Translations under genes and position numbers: made by a program | NCBI GenBank assembly: GCA_043732485.1 | Contig: JAYTHP010000175.1 | Coordinates: 63 to 64,062, forward strand | Reading direction: 5' to 3' | Length of the DNA: 64,000 nucleotides | Source of the DNA: Oligoflexia bacterium | GTDB lineage: Bacteria; Bdellovibrionota; UBA1018 | Notes under the pieces: model-generated | The model's input: the letters and a program-made list of their open reading frames with translations, nothing else | Told to the model about the DNA's origin: nothing | Databases searched by the model: none | Shown here: positions 37,404 through 47,648 of the stretch, piece after piece | Layout of the letters: every line of letters begins with the position of its first letter | Numbering within the stretch: position 1 is the stretch's first letter

Positions 37404-38435
37404 TTAAAACTGTTGGAGAAATCTCAAGTCATTTTGAAACAAATAGCGCAAATCCGGCAACTCATGCAACAGCATGGCAATGCGCTCCACCCCGATCCCA
37501 AAAGCAAAACCCCGTAAATCCGGGTCTTTGGCCCCATAACCCACCTGCTCGAAGAGCCGCGGATGCACCATCCCTGCGCCCAACACCTCAAGCCAACCTG
37601 AGCCCTTACACACCCGACAACCCACAACCGGGAGCGCGCGGCACTTAAAGCAACTCATGTCTACTTCCACCCCAGGCTCGACAAAGGGAAAATAACTAGC
37701 GCGCATCCTAACTCGTGTTGTCCGACCAAAGAGCTCGCGCACCAGAAACTCTAAGGTCCCCTTCAAGTCACTCATGCGAACGCCGCGATCGACCCACAAA
37801 CCTTCAATTTGATGAAACATCGGGGAGTGCGTGGCATCGTCGTCACAACGATAAACTGCACCCGCACTAATCATCCGGATCGGCCAAGGCTGCTCCATCA
37901 TCGCACGAATCTGAACGCCTGAAGTATGGGTGCGCAGCACCACTCCTTCTTTGATAAAAAAAGTGTCGTGCATGTCGCGTGATGGATGGTCTTTCGGGAT
38001 GTTGACCGCTTCAAAGTTAAAGTACTCCGTCTCCACCTCAGGACCACGCTTGAGCTCAAAACCCAAATGGCCTAGGATCTGGACGATCTGGTGAGTCACC
38101 TGGGTCAACAGGTGCAAAGACCCCCGGTAAGACGAGAGGGCTGGAAAGCTTAAATCAACGAAATCACTCTGAGTTTGCTGCTCAATCTCTTTCAGCTCGA
38201 GCCGCTCAAGACTCTCACGCCAAGCACTCTCAAAGCGCTGCTTCCAGTCATTGGCCACCGTTCCGATCTGAGCGCGCTCTTCGAGTGGCAAGGTGCCAAG
38301 CAGCCGTAAGGTCTGACCTAACGAGCCTTTTTTGCCTAAAAAAGCAGTCTTAATTTTCTCGAGATCATCCCTTTCAATCGCCTGCGCAATGGCCGCTAAA
38401 GCCTGCGCGCCGATCTCATTGAGTTGAGCAATCAT
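37404..38435 (-). CDS. pheS: Phenylalanine--tRNA ligase alpha subunit
   Basis: 343 aa with class II motifs (HPSRDMHDTFF, FRCDDDATHSPMFHQIEGL, GFAFGIGVERIAML). The start codon overlaps the rplT stop (TAATG). Confidence 0.95.
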   Translation of the reverse strand: MIAQLNEIGAQALAAIAQAIERDDLEKIKTAFLGKKGSLGQTLRLLGTLPLEERAQIGTVANDWKQRFESAWRESLERLELKEIEQQTQSDFVDLSFPALSSYRGSLHLLTQVTHQIVQILGHLGFELKRGPEVETEYFNFEAVNIPKDHPSRDMHDTFFIKEGVVLRTHTSGVQIRAMMEQPWPIRMISAGAVYRCDDDATHSPMFHQIEGLWVDRGVRMSDLKGTLEFLVRELFGRTTRVRMRASYFPFVEPGVEVDMSCFKCRALPVVGCRVCKGSGWLEVLGAGMVHPRLFEQVGYGAKDPDLRGFAFGIGVERIAMLLHELPDLRYLFQNDLRFLQQF

Positions 38436-38797
38436 TAAGCGGCAGGTGCGAGCTGACGAACTTGATTCACCACCGCAGTAAAAGCTGCAGGATCCACAAT
38501 CGCCATTTCTGACAAGATTTTACGATCCAAACGAATCTGACCGCTCTTCATCGCTCCCATCAAGCGGCTGTAGCTGATGTCGTTGTCACTGGCTGCGGCT
38601 GATAAACGCGCAATCCACAACTGCCTGAACTCGCGCTTCTTCACCCGTCGGTCACGAAAAGCGTAGACGTGGGCGCGGTCAACAGCTTCAGCCGTTCGTT
38701 TAAATTTATTTTTACGACCTAAGACAAAACCTGAGGCTTTATCCAGTACCTTATTATGACGACGACGGCGTTTAAAACCACGTTTTGCGCGAGGCAT
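38435..38797 (-). CDS. rplT: 50S ribosomal protein L20
   Basis: MPRAKRGFKRRRRHNKVLDKASGF..., starting at the internal ATG at 38797. Confidence 0.95.
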   Translation of the reverse strand: MPRAKRGFKRRRRHNKVLDKASGFVLGRKNKFKRTAEAVDRAHVYAFRDRRVKKREFRQLWIARLSAAASDNDISYSRLMGAMKSGQIRLDRKILSEMAIVDPAAFTAVVNQVRQLAPAA

Positions 38798-39024
38798 GAT
38801 CCACTCCCTTGCTTGCTTTAAGGCTGCGACCCAAAGGTTCGCCACCCAAAGACCTTACTAGTTAAAAGACAGTTGAAAGATAATTAAAAAAATGAATTAA
38901 AAAAACTAAAAGCTTTGAGCTTAAGAGGCACTTAGGGGCACTCGGGGCAATTCAGCAAAAAGCCCGCTCCATGCCCATGTTGGTCAAACCACAAGTAGCC
39001 TTGGGTTTCCCGCAGCACGAGGTC

Positions 39025-39222
39025 TTAGGCGCCGTAAGGCATGCACTTTTCAACGTGCTTCATATCACCACTAGAAACAAAACCGCCTTTTCTCAGGGCT
39101 AATTTCCTGGAAGCGGCTTTTTTCCCTAAATTATGTCTTTTATTGATCCGCTTAAACTTAATTTTCCCAGTGGCGGTGAATGAAAATCGCTTGGCTGCAG
39201 CTTTTTTAGTTTTTAATTTCAT
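39025..39222 (-). CDS. rpmI: 50S ribosomal protein L35
   Basis: MKLKTKKAAAKRFSFTATGKIKFKRINKRHNLGKK. Confidence 0.95.
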   Translation of the reverse strand: MKLKTKKAAAKRFSFTATGKIKFKRINKRHNLGKKAASRKLALRKGGFVSSGDMKHVEKCMPYGA

Positions 39223-39268
39223 ATTTTTGGATAGTTAGCGTAAATCACCGCTTGCGTCAAGCAAAGCT

Positions 39269-40054
39269 TTATTGGAAAAACTCATTCGAGGACCCACTTT
39301 CCGTCTTTTTGGCTAAAAACTGCTCCAAATCAGCCAGACCTTGCCGCGAACCCATCTCGTAAAAACGCTGGTGCACCAAAAAACCAGCGAGCTTCCCCTC
39401 CACGCTTAAAGGATGGCAAATCGCTGCTAAATCGACCACCTCGCCGGGCGCAATGCGATTTAAGATTAACTCCCGCTCAAAACCTAACAGACCGTAATCA
39501 ATGTATTTTTTTTCTCTTACAGGCGATTGCTGGCTCTGACGCTTTTCGTACAGCGTCACTTTTGGCCACTGAAAACAAGCATTACTCTCATCCCAAGCGT
39601 TATGATTCTTGAGCACCACCATCAAGGCCGGGTCCAGCGAACGGGCAAAAAACTCCCAGATGAGACAGTAATCAATCGGCAAGTAGGAGTCCCCGTAGGT
39701 CACTAAAAAGCGCTCTCTTAAGAGCCACTCTCCTTGGGCGTTTTTTTGCGAAGCCACCTCCCGCAAAGCCCCTCCGGTGCCTAAACGCCGCGGACCCTCA
39801 TCGACGTATCGCACCTCAAGCCCCCATTTTTTACCGTCTCCCACATACTGCGCGATCTGACTTCCCAGATGCCCAGTTGCAAAAATCACCTCTTTTAGGC
39901 CTTGAGCGGCAAAGAGCCGCAGCTGATGGTCGACAAACGGTACCCCTTGCACTGGCACCATGGCCTTAGGAACCTGACGAGTTAAACCCCCCAGCCTGGT
40001 TCCTAAACCCCCGGCTAAAACCACGAGTTGCGGAGCAGGAAGTTCCTCAGGCAA
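39269..40054 (-). CDS. Sugar-1-phosphate nucleotidyltransferase (HddC / mannose-1-P guanylyltransferase-like)
   Basis: LVVLAGGLGTRLGGLTRQVPKAMVPV is the signature motif. A TTG at 40054 would overlap the upstream kinase stop by 8 nt. The ORF-track ATG at 40147 would give a 100-nt overlap and is less likely. Confidence 0.75.
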   Translation of the reverse strand: MPEELPAPQLVVLAGGLGTRLGGLTRQVPKAMVPVQGVPFVDHQLRLFAAQGLKEVIFATGHLGSQIAQYVGDGKKWGLEVRYVDEGPRRLGTGGALREVASQKNAQGEWLLRERFLVTYGDSYLPIDYCLIWEFFARSLDPALMVVLKNHNAWDESNACFQWPKVTLYEKRQSQQSPVREKKYIDYGLLGFERELILNRIAPGEVVDLAAICHPLSVEGKLAGFLVHQRFYEMGSRQGLADLEQFLAKKTESGSSNEFFQ

Positions 40055-41024
40055 GAATGGTGGTTCCCCGAAAATCAAAGCGAAAGCGTACTTCTTTGAG
40101 CCCTTCGGCGGCCATTGCCCGCCTGAGCCTGGATTTGTCTTCGGCACAAAACATCAAAAAGCCACCGCCTCCAGCGCCAATCAGCTTACCGCCGAGCGCG
40201 CCGCTTGCCATCCCGGCTTGATAATAGCGGTTAATCGCCGAATTAGTCATTTCCTGCGAGCGGCCCTGCTTACGCTCCCAATGGACGTTTAGCAGCCGGG
40301 AAAACTCTACCAAATCCCCTTTTTCGAGCGCCGCTTGGCTTTGATAGGCTAACTCCTTTATGAAATGGAGGTTGGCCAACATGTCAGGGTTTTTAGCCTT
40401 ACTTTGATCATTTTGGTGCTTCAGGATCTGCGACGCCGAACGGGTCTGACCGGTATAGAAGAGCAATAAGTGCTCCTCTAAATCGAGCAAAGTGGCTTCT
40501 GAGATCTTCAGCGGCGTGACGTCTACTGCGCCTGAGGGATGAAAGGTAAAACAGTTCACCCCGCCATAAGCCGCAATGTACTGATCTTGTTTCCCAATCG
40601 GCTCTTGCAGCCGGTTCATTTCAATGTCACAGGCCTGCTCGGCAAGCTCGCTTGGCTGCACGATTGACTTCTTCGAGGTGTGCAAGGCCTTCAGCAAAGC
40701 GGTGGTAAACGAGCCCGAGGAACCTAAACCGGTCCCGGCTGGGATATCGGCCATGGACGTGATCTCTAAGTGCGGATCCTCAATGGCGAAAGCTTTTAAC
40801 GCTTCCCTGACAATGGGATGCTCCAAGTCCTCCACCCGGTCGACTTTCTCCATCTTGGCGTACTTGACAATTAAACTACGGTAAAAGGTCTGATGCAAGG
40901 TGATATAGACGTACTTATCAATCGCAGCAGCTATTAAAAAACCGGTGTTTTCCTGATAATAGGAGGGCAAATCAGTCCCTCCCCCTCCCAGCGTGATCCG
41001 AAGCGGCGATCGCACAATAATCAT
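40047..41024 (-). CDS. GHMP-family sugar kinase (D-glycero-D-manno-heptose-7-P kinase HddA-like)
   Basis: MIIVRSPLRITLGGGGTDLPSYY together with the GHMP motif PAGTGLGSSGSFTTALLKAL. Confidence 0.8.
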   Translation of the reverse strand: MIIVRSPLRITLGGGGTDLPSYYQENTGFLIAAAIDKYVYITLHQTFYRSLIVKYAKMEKVDRVEDLEHPIVREALKAFAIEDPHLEITSMADIPAGTGLGSSGSFTTALLKALHTSKKSIVQPSELAEQACDIEMNRLQEPIGKQDQYIAAYGGVNCFTFHPSGAVDVTPLKISEATLLDLEEHLLLFYTGQTRSASQILKHQNDQSKAKNPDMLANLHFIKELAYQSQAALEKGDLVEFSRLLNVHWERKQGRSQEMTNSAINRYYQAGMASGALGGKLIGAGGGGFLMFCAEDKSRLRRAMAAEGLKEVRFRFDFRGTTILA

Positions 41025-41112
41025 ATGCTTTCCTTTTAACAGAAAATCTCACTTAGGCAACTCCGGAATTTTGCCTGGAAAACCAAAAGAAAATCAGGTA
41101 AGATCAGGACTT

Positions 41113-41442
41113 ATGAGCTTATTTTCCTGGAAAAAACGCAAGCCAGCCGACGAGTCCAACAGCCCCTCGATTATCTGTCGCGGCAAAGCCATGCGCGTGA
41201 TCTTCTATTACCCCGGCGAAGAGGGCACTTACGTTGACTCAGCCGATGTGACGCTGTTTGCCAACGGCATTGTCCACATTCAATCGGCGCAGGAAGAAAC
41301 CACCGCTCACTTACAAAACTGTGAAATTCTCTGGCGCTTTGAAACCGAAGGTGAAGATCGCGCCGACAAGGTGAGACTTTTGAAACCCAAGCCTGAAAAA
41401 AAATTAGACTTTTCTCACGATCGCACCCCCGATTCAACTTGA
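41113..41442 (+). CDS. Small hypothetical protein
   Basis: 109 aa from the ATG at 41113 (MSLFSWKKRKPADE...). No motif was recognised. Confidence 0.35.
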   Translation: MSLFSWKKRKPADESNSPSIICRGKAMRVIFYYPGEEGTYVDSADVTLFANGIVHIQSAQEETTAHLQNCEILWRFETEGEDRADKVRLLKPKPEKKLDFSHDRTPDST

Positions 41443-41524
41443 CACTCGACTGCAGGTCAATCAAGACTGAAAAGGAAAGAAGTCTCTCTCTTACCGTCTC
41501 AAAACCGCATCAGGAGAATTTCCC

Positions 41525-42856
41525 ATGTCTCAAGTCACCCCCACTTTCAAAAACCTCAGCGCTCCCACTCAAGGCGAGCGAATTACATTTCAAAACGGCA
41601 AATTACAAGTTCCTGATCATCCGATTATTCCCTTCATCGAAGGCGACGGCACCGGCCGGGACATTTGGAAAGCGGCGCAAGCCGTTTTAGATGCAGCCGT
41701 GCTGCACGCCTATCAGGGCCGCAAAAAAATCGAATGGTTTGAAGTTTTTGCAGGTGAAAAGGCTTTTAAAAAATCCAATGACTGGCTGCCTGAAGACACC
41801 TTAACCGCGCTCAGGCATTACTTGGTGTCGATCAAAGGCCCACTGACCACGCCCATTGGCGGCGGGATTCGCTCACTGAACGTGGCCTTGCGTCAAATGC
41901 TCGATCTTTACGTTTGCCTAAGACCCATCCGCTGGTTCAAAGGCGTTCCGTCGCCGGTGAAGCATCCGGAAAAAGTCGACATGGTGATTTTTCGTGAAAA
42001 CACTGAAGACATCTATGCCGGCATTGAGTTTGAAAAGGGCTCGGAAGGCACCCGCCTCCTGTTAACCTTCCTTAAGGAGCATTTTGCTAAGGAATATCAA
42101 AAAATTCGCTTCCCCGACTCCGTGGCGCTGGGCATTAAGCCTGTGTCGCAAGAGGGCACCGAGCGCCTGGTCCGCTCGGCGCTGGAATACACCTTACGGG
42201 AAAAACGCAAGTCGCTGACCCTGGTGCATAAGGGCAACATCATGAAGTTCACCGAAGGCGGCTTTCGCAACTGGGCGTACGCTTTGGCTGAGAAGGAATT
42301 TGGAACTCAAGTCTATACCTGGGAGCAATGGGAGCGCACCAAGCAGCAACACGGGGAGTCGGCTGCTGCCGAGGAGATGAAGAAGGAGCTTGCAGCAGGG
42401 AAGATCCTGGTGAAAGACGCGATTGCCGACATTGCCTTGCAACAGGTCCTCACCCGCCCGGAAGAATTTGACGTCATTGCCACCCTCAATTTAAATGGCG
42501 ATTACTTGTCAGATGCCCTGGCAGCGCAGGTAGGAGGCATTGGCATTGCTCCAGGTGGCAATCTCAATCATCTCACCGGACACGCGGTGTTTGAAGCCAC
42601 CCATGGCACAGCCCCCAAGTACGCGGACCTTGATAAGGTCAATCCAGGCTCAGTCATTCTCTCAGGCGAGATGCTGCTGCGATACTTAGGCTGGGGAGAA
42701 GCCGCTGATCTCGTGATTCGCGGGATGGACGGCGCAATTGCCGGCAAGCAGGTGACTTATGATTTCGCGCGCTTGATGAAGCAGGATCACCTTGAGGGTG
42801 TCACTGAGGTGTCTTGCTCGGGCTTTGGCAAGGCGATTCAAGCGAAGATGGTCTGA
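41525..42856 (+). CDS. icd: Isocitrate dehydrogenase (NADP), homodimeric type
   Basis: 443 aa with [34 protein letters not shown] and [23 protein letters not shown]. Confidence 0.95.
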   Translation: MSQVTPTFKNLSAPTQGERITFQNGKLQVPDHPIIPFIEGDGTGRDIWKAAQAVLDAAVLHAYQGRKKIEWFEVFAGEKAFKKSNDWLPEDTLTALRHYLVSIKGPLTTPIGGGIRSLNVALRQMLDLYVCLRPIRWFKGVPSPVKHPEKVDMVIFRENTEDIYAGIEFEKGSEGTRLLLTFLKEHFAKEYQKIRFPDSVALGIKPVSQEGTERLVRSALEYTLREKRKSLTLVHKGNIMKFTEGGFRNWAYALAEKEFGTQVYTWEQWERTKQQHGESAAAEEMKKELAAGKILVKDAIADIALQQVLTRPEEFDVIATLNLNGDYLSDALAAQVGGIGIAPGGNLNHLTGHAVFEATHGTAPKYADLDKVNPGSVILSGEMLLRYLGWGEAADLVIRGMDGAIAGKQVTYDFARLMKQDHLEGVTEVSCSGFGKAIQAKMV

Positions 42857-43125
42857 CCCAAGGCTGCCGAGACTTGGAAACCCGCTCATCTCTTTTGCGC
42901 GCTCGTTGCGGTAACGCGTCTACCAGGGTCTCACAGACTGTGATTCGACTGCTGAACCAAACAAGGCATGGCATTTGATACTTTGAAGGTGTGTCATTGG
43001 CTAAGTACCGGTTTCATTGCAAAAGGATCCGTAGAAAAGCAATTTTAAAATAAAAAAATACTTTGCTGTCTAGACATTTTCTCATTTTACCGAAAAAATT
43101 AAAGAAATAGACCGGATCAATGAGG

Positions 43126-43806
43126 ATTGGGCATCTAAAGCGTCATCCAGAAATTACCACGCAAGATGCCTGAGAGGCTGCGTTTGAGGATAGCACAGCT
43201 ATGCCGCTCTTTTCGCCAGATCAGTTACGAGACCCACCTTTGCGTCTTTTTTACACACTAGGTAAAACGAAACTGGCAGGGAGCTGTGGGTGGCTTGGGA
43301 ACTATGGAAAGGTAAGCACCTTGTGACAGCCTGTCCGCCTGATGAGTGAAGGAGACAAATTTATGAAAAAGCAAAAAAAAGCACTTCCGAAAACTGATAA
43401 AGCTGAACCGTAAAGCCCGAATCTCCCAAAGAGCAGCCAGGAATGGGAGGGCCATAAGCTCAAGGCTGCGAGGCTTTACAAAAGTCTCGCAAGCCTTGAG
43501 CTTATGGCCCTCGGGATTTCTACCCCGACGGCAAAGTTGCGACCTATTAAAAAACAGCATGCAAAATGAATCTCATTAAGAATGCCGGCTATGGATCTTA
43601 TTGGAGTCAAGCGGATTGCAGCAAGAAAAGAGTTGCCTTATCAAAAGCTTATTATTCAAGCTGTTGAGCGATTCATCGATGAGGAAGAGGTAAAAGAGCT
43701 CGGGCTGAAGCACAATTGCGCCAGCAGTTGGCATTCGCTCAGTCAGCGTAAACGAACCAAAAACCCAGTTACTTGGGTTGCAAGTCTGGGCTTACCCCCG
43801 AAATGA
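43126..43806 (+). pseudogene. Eroded BrnT/BrnA-like toxin-antitoxin module
   Basis: The toxin-like reading is IGHLKRHPEITTQDA-TGA-EAAFEDSTAMPLFSPDQ...LFYTLGKTKLAGS..., followed by a frameshift into LVTACPPDE-stop. The antitoxin-like part starts at 43363 after AAGGAGA and reads MKKQKKALPKTDKAEP-TAA ... ISLRMPAMDLIGVKRIAARKELPYQKLIIQAVERFI. The expected BrnA pattern is ISIRLP..ll..lK..A...giPYQsLI. Confidence 0.4.
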
Positions 43807-44084
43807 AGCCACTTTTAACTCTCACCCTCGCCGAAAAGCGCGACCTACTTTCGCCTTGAAGAGTTAAAAAAACTCTTGCCCGAACTTAAGGTCCGAACCT
43901 CAGCCCCCCCCTTGGCTGCACCAACCCACTTCTTCCAAAGACGGCGATAGGCATCTCTAGGCCGTTTCATGACTGAATGCGGCAGAGGGCGCCTGAGCCG
44001 ACCTCTTAGCCCTGTCTCTTAGAGCTATCTTGGGAGACTACAAAAATTTCCAGCGTTGGCAGGTCCTCTCAGGGCAGTTAAATC

Positions 44085-47000
44085 TTAGAGCGTAAAGGTA
44101 TCGCTTGAAAGCAGAAGATTGTCATGCGGTTGGGCACCGTCGGTGTTGCCGCCTACAAAAAAATGCAAATAAGTGAGACTCCCTCCTGTGACGGGGAAAC
44201 TAAAAACCATACCGTTATTGCTAGGCCCACCTGCAGACGTCATGCGGTAGAGAGTGGAACTGGCACCAAAAATCACCGTACCGTAGGGCGAGGCCCCGCC
44301 GGTGGCGCCGCCGGTAAAGAAGTGTAGGAAGGTGGAATTGCCGCAGTGTGCGGGAAGGCTAAAGACGGAGCCTAGATTAGTCGGGCAGCCGGTTGAAGTG
44401 AGCCCGGGAAGAGTGCTGCCGTTAGCCGCTAACAACGGCGATTCCCAAGGGTTGGCGCCATCACTGCTGCCACCTGCAAAAAAATGCAAGATACTGAGCG
44501 TGCCACCGCTGGTAGGGATATTAAAAACAGAGCCCAAATTGGCTGCCCCCCCCTTGCAAGGTAAAACTGTAGAGGGTGGAGCCATCTTTTGAGAGCGTGA
44601 GTTCCCCCACGGGAAAGGCGCCGTCGCCTACCCCCCCGCTAACGAAATGCAAATACGTCAGACTGCCACCACTGGCGGGCAGGCGAAAGATCGAGCCGTT
44701 CCCGGTCGGACCGCCGCTACTGGTGACGTCATAAAGGGTTGCGCCGTCGTTGGAAAAAGTGAGATCACCGCAGGACATTGCGCCGTCCCCGCTGCCGCCT
44801 GAAAAGGAATGCAAGTAACTCGGACTGCCTCCACTTGGGGGGATGCTAAACAGCGTGCCGTTATTGCTGGGGCCGCCGTTTTTGGTGATGCTGTAGAGGG
44901 TCGAGCCATCGGCGAAGACCGGGAGAGCCTCGTTGGCGCCTGCGCCGTAAGCAAAGCCTGCGGGGAAAAAATGCAGATAACTCAACGTCACGTTACCGCT
45001 GAAGACAGCGCTGAACGGCAGACTAAACAACCCTCCCCGATTAGCAGGCCCACCCGAAAAAGTCATGCCGTAGAGAGTGGCGCCCTCTTGCGAAAGCGAA
45101 AGACTGCCAAAGGGGATCAAGCCGTCCGTGCTGCTACCGGCAAAAGCGTGTAAGGGCCAACGACCGTAATCGCGCTGGTGTCAGTGAGCGCACCACCATT
45201 GAGTTTTCCCGCAATCACACACTTTCCCGGGGTGGTGCCTGACAAGCGTACTGCAAACACTCCGCCGCCTACGCCTGACACGCTAAAAGCTTCCGTCATC
45301 AAGCCGCTAGGGCTGGCATTGCCGTAAGCATCAAAAGCAGTCAGGGTCGCGGTGGTAGCCGATCCTACTAACAGGCTGCTGGCGCTGCTGCTGAGCCAAT
45401 AAACACCAGGGCTAACGACAATGCCTGACCTTAACACCCTGTGGTCCGAGGTCACTTCTGTGGCGGTCAGCTGGAGGGGGCCAGCCGGGGTATCGGTCAC
45501 CCCCGCAAAAGTAGCAACGCCTGCCGACACCCTGGCCATCTGGGTTCCGCCTAGTGAACCTAAACTGCTCGTGATTGCAAGAGTAGTTACGGTCTTGGTA
45601 TTATTCGTGGTCACCCCGTTATTGTAGGCGTCCTTTAAAACTGCCGTAAAACTGGTCATGGGACTCGACGAGCTTACGGTGTAGGTTGCACTAGGAGGCG
45701 TGCCCCAGGCAACAGCCGCAATCGTGGAAGCCGGCCTCACGACAACACCCGGTTAAGAAACTGCATGCCCTAGGCTATTTTCCGTGGCATTGATCGTCAC
45801 GCTATCGGCTGTGGTGGCCGTCACCTGCGTAAAGCTTGCCATCCCCGTCACTGCCGTGACGCTTGTCGTACCACTTAAGGTACCTGAGCCGCTTACCACA
45901 CTGAGACTGACCACTGCTGAGCTGTTCGAGGTGATCAGATTGCCCGACCCATCCAGCAGCCTTAAGCTAAAAGCGCTCATCGGGTTGGACGAGCTGACTG
46001 CATAGCTCAGCGTCGGCACCGTGCCCCAGACCAGCGAACTGATCGCACTTGCAGGCACAATACTAATAGCCGCCGGGTTGGAGGGAAGAGTCAGCGCATT
46101 GCCATTGAGGGTCGCACCCAAGAGACAGCTCCCCGAGGTCATGGCGGTAAAAATTGCGCTATACAACCCGCCGCCCAGACTGATGGTCGCGCCAAAACTT
46201 CCCATGCCTCCCACCGTGCTTGCGGTAAATGCTATGAGAGTGATTTCTATCGGATTGGGTTTGCCCTAGGCATCACCGGCAATAAGCCTTACCATCACGC
46301 TTGATCCTGCCATCAAGCTGGCAGGGCTGGTAACTTGACTTTGACTTAAGGCAACCACCGCAGGCGCGATCACCACACAGGGAGCGAAACACTATGATGG
46401 GACGTGTTTTTGGTGGCAGTGAGGGTGATCGTGCTTGCGGTGGTTGCCGTTACCAGTACAAAGCGCACCACCCCGCCTCAGACCGTAGCACCGGTGATGC
46501 CAGTCAGGCTAGGAGTTGACGACATGGTGACTTGCGTCGCATTATCGGTGGTGATCACATTAGCCAATGCATCCATCAGCTTAACCGTAAACGGCGTGAA
46601 CGGAGTAGCAGCAATTGCAACCGTGGTGCGCTGAGGCTCAGTACCCCACGTCACAGCGTGAATGGCGCTTTGCGGTAGCGCTAAAATCCACCGTGGCAAT
46701 TGCGCCAGGCAAGAACGCTGTAAAAGTCTTCACTCCAGCCACCTACCCCAGGTTAGGCATGCAAGTGGCTGTCGGTGATGGATCCTGCGCGACCGGCAAC
46801 CGCGCTGCCCTCTCAACTTCCAGCACTCCAACTGACAGCCTCGCCTGCCACCGGATTACCCTTAAAGTCGGTGACCAGCGCCGCCAGTGGCAACGGCAAT
46901 AAGGCTCCGACCGTGCCAGTTTGCTGATTATTGCTTGCAACGCGCATCACACTTGCTGCCGCAGGCATGACCGTCACGGTGGGGACAGCCAACGTAAACG

Positions 47001-47383
47001 GCTTACCATCACTCCAGCCTTGAAACGAGATTGCGGTCCCCGGGCTTACCCCCGTGCAGGTCGCCAGGTACGAGCCATCGCCCTGATTCACGAGCTCCCC
47101 TCATTGTCCCTGACTGGTGCCGCCCACCTGCGTGACTTGCACCTGATAACGCTTGGCCACCATCGGCTGATCAGAGCTATCGATCGTCAAAAGCCTGACA
47201 GAGATCGTTACTGCCCACCACCACGGTCGCTTGAGAAAACTCCACCCGTGAGTGACTGAGTGAAGGCGGCGTGCCCAGCACCGTGCCACTAGGAACTGAC
47301 TGCTTCGAGAGACAACCCAGGAGCAACCCACTTGAGCGCACGACCACCAGCCCTCCCCGCACCCAAGACTGAAAGATTTTCAT
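44085..47383 (-). pseudogene. Giant surface lipoprotein/adhesin (Ig-like repeats + GloVer-type beta-propeller repeats), fragmented
   Basis: The N-terminus is MKIFQSWVRGGLVVVRSSGLLLGC (lipobox). At least four ~100-aa Ig-like repeats follow (WGTxPxxxYxVSSSxPMxxF...). The C-terminal repeats read LYxxTxxGGxxNxGxxFxxPxxGGxxxYLHxFxGGxxDGA, matching the choice-of-anchor GloVer pattern. The coding sense hops through at least six frame changes and carries one in-frame TAA at 45753-45755. Confidence 0.65.
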
Positions 47384-47648
47384 CGTTTTATGGCCTGTTA
47401 TGACCTATTTTTTTGCACTATTTTTTTCTCATTGCGGTGTTTGCCGAGTCCTGTATGCCGAATTCAATGAAACCCAAGGCCCCCACGGCGGCAAGGATCG
47501 TCCAGCCAGCGTGAGCTCTTCTTCTCTCGTCTGAGTCTAGCGGGCAAAGCAGGGTTCTGGTCTAGGGTGACGTCCATTTTGTGTCTGATTGCTTTTTGCA
47601 GGCATCGCACCCATCCCCCCCCCCACGCGCGCTCCCGCTCATCGCTTG

